Positions 25,023 to 38,575 of a stretch of DNA of 64,000 bases are shown one piece after another. How positions within the stretch are numbered: position 1 is the first letter of the stretch; every line of letters starts with the position of its first letter. Below the pieces are notes generated by a model that saw only the letters and a program-made list of their open reading frames with translations, made no database searches and had not been told where the DNA came from. A program made the position numbers and the translations under genes. The stretch is from Marsupella aquatica (lineage: Eukaryota; Plantae; Marchantiophyta): positions 744,860 through 808,859 of the forward strand of contig OZ316893.1 in NCBI GenBank assembly GCA_973895155.1, in the 5' to 3' direction.

Positions 25023-28000
25023 CGCCTCTTAGATCCCAGATTAAATTTCTTTATATTCATTCGTAGCCTTGCTGAAGTGTAGAGAATTTACATACTACTG
25101 TATGTAATTTGAGCTAGCGAATGTTCAGCATCCTAGTATTATAGGACTAGCACAATCTAGAAAATCGACTTCAGTTTGTCTTTAGCAACTGTTCAAGTCG
25201 AGTCGGAAAAGTTAACAACTACTATAATGAGGACCCGTAAACCCTAAACTCCTTGACATGTTGAGGAAATTTCGGGGGAAATTTGAACAGAACAAGTAAC
25301 GAAGTCCTTCTCAGGTTGGAGAACGAACCGGAGTGGGACATAACCTATAAAAATCTGAAGAATATCTTCGAGCTCTCCTTGATACGTGACATGGCCAGCA
25401 ACAGCAATGAATTATATATCTTAACTTCATGGCCGACCTTACATTTCAATCCACGAATACACCTGTAGTTTAAGCCCTAAACAATGACTCCCATTTTGCG
25501 GATACACAAGCGGGGCAAACCTCGTTATCACCATGGGCAGCTACCTAAGATACTGGTAAAAGGAAAGATTTTGAAGCATTTTGGGGAACTCTTGGGATTG
25601 GGAATGCTCTGGAGTTTCAGCCCCTATCTGTTCAGGTACAGGAGACAGCAGACGAGCTCCAAACAGCACTCACGAAGCGTGTAAATCATGGCCTTTGGAT
25701 ATAATACTTTCAGGTCTTCCAACCGTACTCAGAACTGGTCTTTGAAACAAGTAAGTTCGAGACAAGTGGGCGCCAATCCACACAACGCTCAAACACTGTC
25801 CAATTGCACTCCTGGTTTCCTGAGAAGGTCTTCGAACCTGTAAAAACTGAAAATCCATGACCTCGATCCAGAATATTAGCTCATTCCTATCTCGACGGTA
25901 AGAGCGAGCACACGTGGAAACCTCAGTCCTATGAGCCTGGCTTTAATACTTCAGTCGACCTTCGATTTTTTCTTGACAATTTCGTTGCAATGAAAGTGCA
26001 TGATAGCCTGGCTACAGTTGCTTCGACAAGTTAATACTAGTTTCATCTGTCTGTGGCAGCTTGTCAATCTGAACTCTTCTAACATTTAGTTGACCCTCAC
26101 CTCTAGTAAGTACGTTCGACAAAGAGCTGCTGCGGAACAAGAGCTCTCACTTCTGACAATTTATCTTGTTAGAGAGCAATGATCGTCGAGAAGCGGTCTC
26201 GTCAAATTCAGAGAAAATGTACAGTTCAACTGCTTACATCCTCGTGTACATCTAGCTGTCTTCAGTTCTCACAACGCGGAAACAGTCGGCCCAGCCGCAA
26301 TGGATAACAAACAGGATCGGAAAGACAAACCATACTAATAGGTGCTCGACTGCGAGCTTATTTCTTCCATTCGAGATGGATCGTTTCGATCCATGGAAGC
26401 GACTACGTGTACACGACCGAATTCGAGTCCAAGCATAAGATTGTACTGTTCAAAGAATCTGCATTGGAATTATCGCTCCGAAGGTTATCGCACTGTACAT
26501 TCAGTTTGGCAGTTGCTAGTCGCCTGTGCTTCGGGAAGATAGTTGGAATACGTCAAATGTTGGTATCAAAATTTATATCAGATGAGACAGATTACATTTG
26601 AAAGCGAGCAACGCAGCAGCGCCTAGACTTCCGGATATCCTTGTCAGTCTCTTGTTCTGTAGGAAGCAGATATATTGCCTCACTTCTGGGTCATTCAGCG
26701 AATTGAAGTAACGTTGACTAGTTGATTAGTTGATTAGCTACTTCCTCATTAAATCTCATCAGCAGCTTCAGCAAGCACTTTCGTGGTTTAACATATCTTG
26801 GCGGTTGAATATAACTTGTTTTCTAAACTGTGGCAGATGGAAGTGTATCGTAACAAGATTAATAGAGAGAGTATTTAGGACTTCGAGAAACTTGTCCACT
26901 GAAAGATCAAAATCATTCCCCGACAGGAAACTTTCCTGACATGAAGTCCAGCTCAAAGCTTCAATTTCTTGAGGGTTGGCCTTTGTGTAGTAGCAAGAAA
27001 AACCTAGAAACAAATGGATGGCATCGACAGTGATAACAGCAATTGCAAAAATGCCACAAGAACTTTTGTGTACTCGCCGGACACACTCAGTCCTCGAATC
27101 AGTTGGGTCTATAGTACAACGTGAAGTCCAAGTTCAGTGTTTTCTCCGGCTTCAGGACGTTGTCCAAGGACACGGATTCAATCTACTATTTCAGTTGGTG
27201 ACACTCCAAGACGTCATTGGGAAATTTTTCATTTCATTCCAGATATTCCAGGAGACGTATTCTTTTTAATAGTTGTTCTCGCTACTCTTCGTCTACTTGG
27301 GCAGTCTAGCCCTTCTAGCCCCAAACAAGCTCTCCGCATTCCAACTCTGCAACATTTGAAACACCCCACAATTCCTCTAGACTAGGTGACTTGCGCGCAG
27401 TTCGCATATCACTTTCATTAAGATTGTTACAAGCAATGCCGTATCTGTGCCGTATCAAAGACAATGAATGACTTGATCACCCGGTGCTTAGTTTAACGGC
27501 GACTTTTGATTTTGGGGAATAAAGATGCTCAGTTGGTTTGTTCATAGTTCGGGTTCTACAGCGACTGATTCTGGGGAATAAAGAACGTCCACTATTACTT
27601 TCAACAAACTCTCTATTGAGAGCAAGTTGGTTCGAACCTCAAAACGGACTTTTTTCATGTACGTGATCCTGTGCTCACTGAGCTAATCTTCTAGATGATA
27701 ACAAGAACAGTCATGACGTTAGAAGTTGTTTGTAAGCAAAAAACAACTAGAAAATATAAAACTGGCGACCAGGCATGCATCCAGACGAGTAAATCATCCA
27801 TTAGACATTTCGCATTTTCGGGATACCCGCAAAATGCAAAATGTCCAATGGGTCAGGAGAGTTGTTCTCCAAATTCCCAGCTGAAAATTGCCAACTACAT
27901 CATTCCATCGTAGAAATTATCACTCACATTAAATAGAACCCGGGACACCTAGTTCCTTGCCATAAGCATTGTAAGAGAGCTTACAACGACAACTGCACAT

Positions 28001-29344
28001 AGTCTTTGCTAAAGTTCTCCACCAGTCCCAAAATCACGCTGGATATAGCTCTTACCACTAAGTTTTCAATACCAGCAGAGATCATACGCGCAGAGCTGCT
28101 GGGTGTCTCACTACCTTTCAAGACAATTAGACAGCTTTGCTGTACTTTAGGAGACAAGATTCAGAGCTATTGTTCAAGACAAACAGTTGATCCTCTTTGT
28201 GCAGCAAGGAGAGTGACAATTACATAACTCCTGCAAGCAAAGTCTATTATGGACAGGTGATATAGCCAATATGGCCATTAGAAATTAATGTAAGTCATGG
28301 ACATCAGTTTAGAGCCATGAAAGATTCCACCTCAAGCCTTACAGTGTCCCTTCTCGAATGGAACTGTGCTTGTAACCTCTGGTGCTGCGATCGACTGTAT
28401 TTTGGGGGACTTTTGAAGAAATCTGTCTACGTCCAGTTGTTCAATCAACTCATGGCTAACCGCTGTCATATCCTTTGCTGCCGCTTCTGCCAAACGTGAG
28501 TACTAAGTTAGTCAACAAGAAAAGCTGCTACGGATAAGCTTGCTGTGAAGGTTAGATCCAAGTTTCTTCCCCTAGTAAAATTCAATTTGTTACTCGAATC
28601 ACTGGAGTCAAGAGGCAACTAAGCAAGTGATTTCAAGAGGGAGGCATGCAATTTTGGGAAGTAGAACAACGACCACAGCTGACGACTGCAGCTCAAACAG
28701 TTTCTACTTGGAACTGTGATAAGCAACAGGACACCTACCACCACAGACACACCTCTCTGACCAAGGCTGGCTCCGCGCAACAAAAGCCTACATATTGACT
28801 TAGGACAGGTGCCCAATCAGAGGATCACATCAATTTTCAGATGTCAGCCATATATGCTCCGGGATGATAATTGTGACGAATCCTTCTCGAATTGTGCTGA
28901 TGTCTATTTGACCGGAGGTAGCATGGCTGAGGTATACGGTGAAAAATTATCATCACTAGGGAGACACTGAGGGACTGCTTATCATAGCAGTAATTAAACG
29001 CCATGGGTAGCTCTTGATAGTGCAACTTGAGTACTCTTTAGACACGGACCAGAAAACTCACAGCTGGTGATACCGAGTCTCAATGCAAGTCTCTAACCTC
29101 CAGCCGCAGGCAACAGGTAAGGATTCCAAACACTCATTACTATGAGGTCAAAGTGATGAACGAGCTTGTCAAGACAACTAAAAGAGTGTTTCCACAATCC
29201 CAATGCACTGATCCTGAGAACCCTGCTATTCTTCAGCTATCGATGTGTTCAATTTTTTCGTAGATGAATTTGTCCTGCCATGAGAAACTGGACCGGCAAA
29301 CCAGTGCCTCATTTCTCTGTTAATCTTACCTTCGACATATTAAC

Positions 29345-30823
29345 TTAGCCCGTAGCTTCTAGCTGTTGTAGCTCTCTCTTCGAGTGCTCCATTATTCTCC
29401 TCTCAAGCTCTGGCCGGAAGTGTCGAATAAGACCTTGGACGGGCCAAGCAGCCGCATCACCAAGTGCACAGATTGTGTGTCCTTCAATCTGCTTAGTGAC
29501 TTCCTGTAGTACATCAATTTCCTCTAACTTCGCATTTCCGACCTTCAACCGCTCCATCATGTGCCAGAGCCACGGAGACCCTTCTCTGCAGGGCGTGCAC
29601 TGTCCACAACTTTCGTGCTTGTAGAAGTAAGACAGTCGAGCAATTGCATCCACAACATCAGTCGATTTGTCCATCACTATCACAGCTGCCGTCCCAAGAC
29701 CGGATTGCACCGCTTTCAAAGCATCAAAGTCCATAATAACATCATCACAGATGTTTTTGGGAAGAAGTGGTACGGAGGACCCACCAGGGATCACAGCCAG
29801 CAAATTGTCCCAACCCCCTCTCACTCCCCCGCAATGCCTGTCAATTAGCTCCCTTAAAGAGATGCTCATTTCCTCCTCCACTGTGCACGGCTTGTTCACG
29901 TGTCCTGACACGCAAAAGAGCTTCGTTCCCGCATTATTCTTGCGCCCAAAGCTGGCAAACCATTCCGGGCCTCTCCGCAAAATCGTTGGAGAAACAGCAA
30001 TAGTCTCAACGTTGGTCACTGTCGTCGGACAGCCATAAAGCCCAGCATTTGCTGGAAACGGAGGTTTCAGTCTAGGTTTCCCCTGTTTTCCTTCTAGACT
30101 CTCCAGAAGAGCGGTCTCCTCACCACAGATGTACGCACCAGCACCGTAGTGAATGTGCACATCAAAATCGTACCCTGAGCCACAAGCATTCTTCCCCAGA
30201 AAGCCGGCAGCGTAGGCCTCATGAAGAGCCTTCTGCAAATTGTTCCTCTCATTGACATACTCTCCACGGATATATATGTACGCCGCCTTCGCTCGCATTC
30301 CCACGCCGGCGATCAGGCAGCCCTCCAGCAGCTTGTGCGGATCATGCCTCATAATCTCGCGATCCTTGCAAGTGCCTGGCTCGCTCTCGTCCGCGTTGAC
30401 GACTAGATAAGATGGACGTCCATCAGAAACCTTAGGCATGAATGACCACTTCAACCCGGACGGAAAACCTGCGCCTCCTCGCCCCCTGAGACCGGACTTC
30501 TTCATCTCATTCACAATCCAATCTGTGCCTTTCTGGACCAGTTCCTTCGTTTGGTACCAGTCGCCCCGCTTCTGCGCCCCTTTCAGAAAAGGGTCATGAA
30601 TTCCATATACGTTGGTGAAGATCCGATCCGCATCGGAAAGCCCTCCATAATGAGTCTTCTCTGCGGGAGGCGGTGGCGGAGGAGGTGGAGGTCCTGGTGG
30701 TGGTGGGGAGGCAGCTGGAGCACTCAGATTTCTCTGTGCAACGAGACTTGAGGATGAGGAAGAAACTTGATACCTCTGCAAAGAAAAACCCGCTCTTCGA
30801 GCCGAGCTCTGAATGGCCCTCAT
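29345..30823 (-). CDS. NDUFV1: NADH dehydrogenase [ubiquinone] flavoprotein 1 (complex I 51-kDa subunit), mitochondrial; no introns in CDS
   Basis: Single open frame with [64 protein letters not shown] and HTICALGD (FMN/NADH and 4Fe-4S motifs); Arg/Ser-rich N-terminal presequence from ATG at 30823. Confidence 0.97.
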   Translation of the reverse strand: MRAIQSSARRAGFSLQRYQVSSSSSSLVAQRNLSAPAASPPPPGPPPPPPPPPAEKTHYGGLSDADRIFTNVYGIHDPFLKGAQKRGDWYQTKELVQKGTDWIVNEMKKSGLRGRGGAGFPSGLKWSFMPKVSDGRPSYLVVNADESEPGTCKDREIMRHDPHKLLEGCLIAGVGMRAKAAYIYIRGEYVNERNNLQKALHEAYAAGFLGKNACGSGYDFDVHIHYGAGAYICGEETALLESLEGKQGKPRLKPPFPANAGLYGCPTTVTNVETIAVSPTILRRGPEWFASFGRKNNAGTKLFCVSGHVNKPCTVEEEMSISLRELIDRHCGGVRGGWDNLLAVIPGGSSVPLLPKNICDDVIMDFDALKAVQSGLGTAAVIVMDKSTDVVDAIARLSYFYKHESCGQCTPCREGSPWLWHMMERLKVGNAKLEEIDVLQEVTKQIEGHTICALGDAAAWPVQGLIRHFRPELERRIMEHSKRELQQLEATG

Positions 30824-31347
30824 CTCCTTCCCTCCTCCGCAGCACAAGCACAGCCGAAATCAATTACGGCACCTCCACCTTCGTCGCACCCTAAATTCAC
30901 ACCAAATTCATCCACCCGTCAACAACACCAACAACAACAACAGAGAGAATCAGCTTGACCGAGCTTACAACCAAGCACCGATCGACACCTACCTTCCTGC
31001 CAGCCCTAAATTAACGACAAAATCCATTCACAGGTCCACAATAACAGCAACAGACATTATGAGCTCGACGAGACTCCACACAGCAGCACAACTATGTCCC
31101 ACACTCCTCTCCATGGTCGATCCATTTATGCCAAGCAATCTCGACAAATGCCACCTAAATCCGAAAGATCACATGAGCACCTAACCAGCTATCTACGCGC
31201 AAAACGAAAGCTCGATTTCTCGGAACAGCGTACCGGAGAGTGCCAATCAACCGAGAGAAGCAAGCAGCATCAAATTGTTGGCCGGGCACGCAGCTGCGTC
31301 GGGGTATATCTCCGGAGCTGGCCTCGTGGCGATTGTTCGGTCCTCGT

Positions 31348-31368
31348 CTCTCTCTCTCTCTCTCTCTC
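31348..31368. repeat. (CT)n microsatellite upstream of NDUFV1
   Basis: Run of TC dinucleotides. Confidence 0.85.
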
Positions 31369-31664
31369 CCACGAAAGAAGAAGTCCCCCGGCTCTGTTCT
31401 CTACCAGCCTCTCGGTTTCTCTCCTCTCCTCTCCTCAGCTTTGTCCCCCAAAACAAGGGGAAGCAACGTTGAAGTCACTCACATTCGAACGACGATTCAC
31501 TAGTCACACAAGCTGCCACGTACGAGGAAATGAAAGGGGGCCCTCGTTTGTTAGTCTGCAATAGTAGGGATCGAGAAAAAGCACCAATTAATTAAGAAGG
31601 GACCAACTTACACAAAACAATTTTTTAAGTACATTATCACTAGGTATTTTTAAATCAAAAATAC

Positions 31665-31667
<3 letters not shown>

Positions 31668-31703
<36 letters not shown>
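31668..31703. repeat. (TA)n microsatellite, about 18 units
   Basis: Uninterrupted TA run. Confidence 0.95.
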
Positions 31704-31706
<3 letters not shown>

Positions 31707-33416
31707 CAAGGTTATCAGATATGGTTACATTGGTGAACTTGTCATCCATACAAAACACCTTGACATATCTTTCATTAGTTCGTGGACTCCTTGGCTAATA
31801 AAATCAGGGGGAAGAGTCAATCTGAGCCGTCTCCATTTCTTATCTCCGGAAATTTTGTCCGTCCATCATAATGGCCAATCTATGGCTCAAAAGAAAGATC
31901 TCAAATAGATCTATGGATGGGTTCTGTCCGTTTTGCAAATGGGTTAATATTTTTCAAATGAAAAATTAAACAAATTCAAGCCTTCCTAGTCGTCGATTTT
32001 GTTGATTTTACGATCTTTGCCGTCCATTTTGTAATACCTCTAGAAATCTTATTCATCCATGTTAGAAGGCGATCTAGGGTGCAAAAGAAAGATCTCAATG
32101 AGATCTACGACTGGATATTTTTTGTTTTGAGAATGAGTAAATAGTCTTGAGTATAAAATTCGATGAACTTTCAAGACTCAAGCCATTCCTCCTCCCCAAT
32201 CCTGGGTTTCTATGTGCTCTTCCCAGCATTAATGGCCATACAATACGAGAGGTCCTTACATACCGGGAGTTGCGGTTTAACAAGGAAGTTATCAAGTTAA
32301 TTATTAGTCATTATTTATTATATGAAAAATACTTTTATAAATCTTTGAATTTAAGTTTTAAAATTGGAAATGTAACTAAAACGGTTACATAGTGACAGTT
32401 TTAACCTTCTTGCTCTTTGCATTTCCAATGTTTTTACTTTTTTTTTACAGCATGGCGTCCCAAAATTTACACCCAAATTGACACAAACACGAATGAAAAC
32501 TATAAGTTTGATTCACAAAACCGACGAGTCTTGTTTGTTGCGGTTGTTGTTGACGTGGCACGCTGTGGTGCCAGGAATTTTGGAAGGGACCTCTAGTGGG
32601 GTCCGTAAATATAAAAACATTATATTAATATTGTCAGTTTGAACATCTTTACTGGTAAAATTGTTAAATGTTGTTACCCAAAAAGGTACAAGAGAGTACG
32701 AAAGAGTAGAAGCAAAAGAGGCCAGAGACGGCAAACACCAACTGAAAAGACAACGGCAAATGCAAACAGATAGAAAGAAAAGAAAAAAATTAAGGAAATA
32801 AAGATCTACTGTTGCAATGGTAGGGAGTTTACACAACTTTGCCTACCTGCTTGGTATAATAACTCAGGCATTCCACTGTGTTTTGTATGATGAGCCTATT
32901 TTGGGTTAGGACCTCTAAACATTTTTTTTCTCAGTGAATAACAGATGCTGTCTACTCCAGATACTCCAGAGCGCTACCAGTTCTGGGGTGAAAAAATGAA
33001 TAAAGAGTCTTTTCAGTTTGTTGCTTACTAAGTATTAGTTCTTTCAGTTCTAATACTCTAGATGGGACTCTAGAGCGAACTGATAGCTTTCATTCTTTGG
33101 CAAGTTATAATATTAATGGGAACTCAACTTGTAAAACTTCTTTGTAGATCTACTCTATGTATTTGGATTTCATGACAACTCTATGTACGAGGAAGAGTAG
33201 AGTAAAGTATTAAGCAATTTTCTTTTTCTTGTTTGCAACTTAAAATACATAAAAAGCTTATTAAACTCTTTCTAACTCCAAGTCGTTCTGTATTTCTCGT
33301 CTGCTTATGTCACTTCATTCTAAAATATTGAAAAACTGCTATACACTGAAAGGTTACTTAGATATTGTTAAATTTATAAGACAAAACTAGTTTGACAAGT
33401 ATCCCAAAACATTTTG

Positions 33417-33455
33417 TTAGGTTGGCCCAAATTTATATCTATTGGGCCAACCTAA
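33417..33455. repeat. Perfect 14-bp inverted repeat with 11-nt loop containing GGCCCA/TGGGCC (site II-like) motifs
   Basis: TTAGGTTGGCCCAA-ATTTATATCTA-TTGGGCCAACCTAA. Confidence 0.8.
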
Positions 33456-33519
33456 ATGGCCCTAGGGATCGCACAAAATAGCTACAGAATACATATTTAC
33501 TTACAGGAGAGATGCCAGG

Positions 33520-33835
33520 CAGAGTGGAAGCAGGACTATGTAATTCAATAAGCCCCTTAATTGTGTACTTCAGTCTGTATATCTATGGGTGGAATGGAAG
33601 CAGGTCTAGTATGTTATTCAATAACCCCCTTGTGCACTTTATTTTCTATTTCTATGGATGGTTATGAAACATTGGCCTGGTTTGGGAGTATGAGATGTTG
33701 TCCCCTTGGCTAGCCCCCCTAGAGGTTGAGTACTTTATATTGTATTTCTATTTCTATGGATGGTTATGAGACAATAGTCTGGTTTGGGGGTTATGAGATT
33801 TTGGCTCCTTGGCTAGCCCCCCTGGAGGGTTGTCC
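33520..33835. repeat. Degenerate tandem repeats (~70-bp and ~100-bp units)
   Basis: TGGAAGCAGG..TATGT.ATTCAATAA.CCCCTT occurs twice; TTTCTATTTCTATGGATGGTTATGA..CA...G.CTGGTTTGGG...TATGAGAT...CCTTGGCTAGCCCCCCT occurs twice (~33643 and ~33745). Confidence 0.75.
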
Positions 33836-34373
33836 AATCTGGGGTCATAAAGATATAAAACTACAGTAAGGACTTGCGCTCGTTAATCCTGGGGCCATAG
33901 GTGTAACCACCCTTGGGACCATGGGCCCATGAAACCCAAACCAGACATTGAGATGCACGACACAAGCAAGCTGCGTGGAAGCTGCAGGGGCGTAGACTTC
34001 TCCTGAACGCAAAAAAAAGAACCTTTCAGAATTCGATCGACTGGATCGATAAGTAAACCGTCTTCGATTACACGCTTTGTTCATAGCGCTGTCCCGAAAT
34101 TGCAAGTAAGCCGAGCTCCTGCATCGATAACTATGATTATTCTCGAAGCAGCTGGGAGCCATCCAGAGGATCGTTATATAAACTGAATGTGCGATGGTCG
34201 ACTGAAACTTCAGAAGAGTGTTCTGGGCAACAAGGAGGAAAAGTTCCTACATCCTTGAGCTATGATCACATTGAAAGCAGCTGGGAACACGGAGGGTCGT
34301 TAATTCTGTCGTATCGCCATCGGAATTGAGCGTCATATGGTTGACAGGAAGCCCAAACGAGAGAAGAAGGACG

Positions 34374-37192
34374 ATGAGGAAGGGGCAAGTACGCGCCGAG
34401 AGGAGAATGAAAGAGGCCGAAAGTGAGCCACCATTGTCTTATGCAAATGAGCGAGATATCGTCGTCGATCGCAAGAGGCTGGGAGATCTGATTGAAACCG
34501 CCACGACCTCTCCTCTGCTCCACCTCGAAGATCGCGCTCTGTCTTCCATTAAATCTCTCGTGCGTGTCTCCGACAGCAACGTCCATGCAGCATTAGATTT
34601 ACTCCTGGATCGGCTCAAAAAGAACCATTCTCAGGTCCCTCGCTCACTTCTGATATGGGTTTGTCGAAATTCGCTCGGTCGTCCTTGATTTTTTAATTAG
34701 GGTCTTCTCCAAAGGCAAACAATCGCGATTTTGTGGCCGGCTGGCTCATCTGATGTGAATTGCAGACGCTTATGGAATTCAAGTTGTCGAGGTCTCGAGG
34801 GTTAAAAGATTTATTGAGGAATCAGTAACGCTCAATATCGGGCTCTTTCGCGTATAATTGCCTTCGAGCCTCTGATCAAGACCGTTCAACCCTATTTACG
34901 TTTAGCCCTGGGCAATTCAACGTAGCACGTACGGAGGAGAACTTCAAGAGTAACAGTGTATCTTTAGGTAGCTCAGGGCAATTCACGGTAGCAGACTTTG
35001 AAGATCACCAGTGACGCTTTGGGTTTGCCTGGAGCAATTCTCCGTACCTAATAAGGCTCAGAATTTGACGATCAGCAGAGAAGCACCCTAAGGATGTTTT
35101 ACCACCCATTCGCTTTCTTCAATTTGTGTAGTAGAAAATTGTGGGTAGCAAGTAGTTATTTTTGCAGAGGGCACATAAGGACTAGTGTCTGTAGATTCAC
35201 CAGGTGCTACACAATAGGGCACAGCCCTAAGGTGGGCATGGTATATTACCCAATGAAAAGGTGGAAAGTTGAGAGAGGTGGTGAAGTCTCATAGCATATA
35301 ATTGGTTTTGAAAACTGAGTCACTTGTTTACCCTGCAGGTGCGTTATTTGGCAGTGTTGCTGGTAGATGAACTATTCACTAGATCCAAGCTCTTCCGCTC
35401 GCTTTTGGTCCCTCAATTCGAGATCTTCATACTGCTCAGTGTCGGCTTCAGGGCAGATTATCCTCTCCCACCTCCAGATGATCGGGCCAAGTTGCTACGC
35501 AAGAAGAGCATAGAGCTGGTGGAGAAATGGAAGGACATGTTCGGACAGCATTACAAGCCGATTCGACTGGGCCATGATTACTTGAAGACCACTCTCAGGT
35601 TGGAGTTTCCTAACGCCAGAGAGGTCGCAACTTTGGCAAGTCAGCAGCGGAGGGACAGGGAGGAACGCACGCAAGAGCTGTTGAAGAGGAAATTCCGGTC
35701 GTTGATACAGGAATTTCCGAACTTTAAAGCTGATATCCAATCTACACTCGACGAAATTGACCAATGTCTTGAGATTCTCGTTCCTCCAGCTGCTGCCTCG
35801 GAAGATGCTGCAGAGGGCACTCCAATTGTTGCTGACATTGGGGACGAAGATGATGAATTTGAAACATACGGAGTGGAAAGCCTTCGACAACTTCGGGGGG
35901 TAGTAGAAGAGCAGGATGTATTACCACAGGAATCAACAGACAACTCAGCAGTTTTTGACACGCTTCGGGATCTTTACAAGCTTCTAACGACTCGACACAT
36001 CGTGAATTCTCAGGAGTGGTTAACAACGCTGATGAGAGTAGATCCTGAAGAAGACAGGCACTCCAGAGACTCCTTTCTCAGGGACATAATTGATCTCCGA
36101 AACCACCTGCTGCAAGTTCGAGCCAAGTGCGAGGGGCTGGGCATTCAGAGAATTGAGGGGAGTGGTGCGGGAGATGCTGGGGAGGAATTCGACGACGAAG
36201 TTTGGGAACAGGGAGATCTATTGACCGACCTAGGAGTTGTTCCACAAAGTCCTCCAGTTGAGAGCAGTCGGTCTGCTGACGCCCCCAGCTCCGGCTATAC
36301 GACTACAGTGGAGAGTGAAGAAATCAAAAGCAATTCGGAGAAAATGGACCTAGTGGGTATCAAGCAAGATCTGCTGAAGGAAGCCCCGGTATTGCCATGG
36401 GGCTCATTCCTGGACACTTGGGGCAGTCAGAGTGCCGTCCCTGCCAACCCACGGGGGATGGAATATGAGAATCACTGGGGGAAGGTTGACTATGATGTCA
36501 TGATCCCTGCTGAGAAGATTGCGGAAATCAGCGTAAGGGCATCGTACTACAAAGCCCCAGAGGTTGAAATTCGCCCTTGTCGAGCTCCTCTGAGGAGTGG
36601 AGGGTTGTGCCAACGTAGAGATCTTCGAAAATGCCCACTTCATGGGCTTATACGAGCGCGAGACGAGGAAGGAAATATTATTCCTAAAGAAGTAAAGCAC
36701 GCACAGTCAGCAATTGGACCCCAGGCAGAAAATGCGAGACAGTTGACTGGAACTGGTGGTGACGAATCTGATGAAACTGGCATCCTTACAGGTCATCAAA
36801 GCTTAGACCCGGTCGAGCTAGCTGAGCAGGCGATAGGGAACGTTAGGAAGATGGACGAACAAGCCAAGGCACTAGCACGGAGACATAGAGCGAAAAGAAC
36901 TAGAGAGCACAACGAGGCCTGCTTAAGAGAAGCAGCTACTGCTCAAATTAGATTAGGAGAATTTGGTGAGGCTCCTAGTGGGGCTTTTGGTGAAGGGGGC
37001 AATGCTGACTCTCGTACAAAAAAGCCAAGAGGTGGGCTGACCGCTCTCTTGCGAAAGAAACCAACGGTGAAAGATAGGCTGGCTCGCAGGCTACTGAATG
37101 GGCGTGTCACGGATGCAACTGTTAGTCAGCTAGCCAGGGATCAAGATGCAGCTTACCGTGAATCTTTTCCCAATCAGTGGACAATGAAGTAG
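34374..37192 (+). CDS. UVSSA: UV-stimulated scaffold protein A homolog; exons approx. 34374-34634 and 35339-37192 (start could be ATG 34407)
   Basis: VHS-like N-terminus (KKNHSQ|VRYLAVLLVDELFTRSKLFR, PLPPP); DUF2043 region APVLPWG..LD.WG and ENHWG; C-terminal zinc finger CRAPL..GGLCQRRDLRKCPLHG.I..RD..G; in-frame GT-AG intron. Confidence 0.92.
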
Positions 37193-38575
37193 TTGTCTTC
37201 ATGAGTCTTCAAAAGGTTCAACATTATGTGTGTAGTCAACTGGACCACTGCTTATAGATACTGATCGAGGCGAACGTCCTGGTACAGTTTTGAAAGTTCC
37301 ATCTTGAGATTGGTAAGCTGCGAAAGGGGAAACAGTGAGCTAATATGGAAGTTGTCAAGCTTACTCTAAGACTTCCGCAGGTTTCTGAAAGGAGGACCGG
37401 GAGTAAACTAGAGAGATACATCGAAGACCTTGCCTGGTGAGTTAAGGCAACTCGTAGAAGAAGTTTTTCTTTATTGCGTCTGAATTTCAGGACTTGTTAG
37501 TCTCAAAATTTATAAGTCAGGCCCTGGTGTTAATGACAAAGGACCGTCCTGAGATTTGCGTTGGTTGCCGAATAATATCCATCGTTTGAAAGTTGGCAGT
37601 TGAATGAGTGGGGGCTTCGTTTTTGCGTCATATGAACTACGTTTTAAAGGGCAGAATGTACAGAGTTCCGTATTTGTTTTGACAGCTCGGTCTGATTATT
37701 TCATAGTGGATTGCTGTCAGGTTTTGGACAGGAAGAAGTGAAGGCACACGCAACCATGCCTCTCAGATCAACCTCTTTGAAGACCATGATTGGGATTAAA
37801 TTGTCAGATTTCGTACATGATCTCACGACTTGCAGAGTGAGCGCGGCAGATATGTCAATGATAGTTCAAAAGGATCTCACAATTAAAAAGAGTATCTAAT
37901 TGACAAACGATGTAGGTATGCAATAGTTCCTAACTTCCCACTCAGTTTCCGATGCAAAGGGAGAATCTCCTGTTCTTTGACGATTGGGCCGGCGTGTGAA
38001 ATAGCTCAAACCCATACCAAAGAGAGAATAAAGCTACGCTTAACCGATTGATATTTTAAACTCTCCATGCCCTTCTTCGGTCCCGTGTGTCCTCATTCTT
38101 GATTGGGTCATTATTTGGCATCTTGTACTCTGTCCTTACCGTTCCCAAGTGGGGCATTTTAGACTTGAAAATCACTCAATTTGTGCCTCTAGTTGCTATT
38201 TCCTATCCTGTTCCATCAGAAATAATGGCATGATCGAAGGCAAAGTTCTGGCAAGGCAGAGTGAAAAAGGGGGCAACGCGGCTCTCGTCTGCCATCTTCG
38301 TGCGAATTTTGCATACCAACAATGAAATGCAAATTGTGTATACTAACTGCATTAGACTTAATTTTGGACAATCAAGTCCATGTCATATGGTGACAACTGA
38401 TTCACCCATAGTCTCTGTCTTCTCCAACTACAATTGGGTTTTGTTATTGCATGTCAATGAAGATTTGGAGAAGAAAAAACATAGGGCAGTCTCCTCTTTG
38501 CCAAGGAGAGACAGTTGATTCCAATCAACAGCAATCGAATTGACAGAACTCGACAAATATCGAAGATAGAAATGT

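Noticed and set aside
25250-27400. Possible heavily decayed gene (Leu-rich fragments on the minus strand)
   Set aside because: Too many stops and no diagnostic motif to support a call by eye; it would need tBLASTx.
30662-30720. Poly-proline tract in NDUFV1
   Set aside because: A Pro run before EKTH(F/Y)GGL is a normal feature of plant 51-kDa subunits.
29561-30958. Overlapping antisense and alternate-frame ORFs over NDUFV1 (likewise over TAF15, UVSSA and the RT)
   Set aside because: Shadow ORFs expected from codon bias of the real genes.
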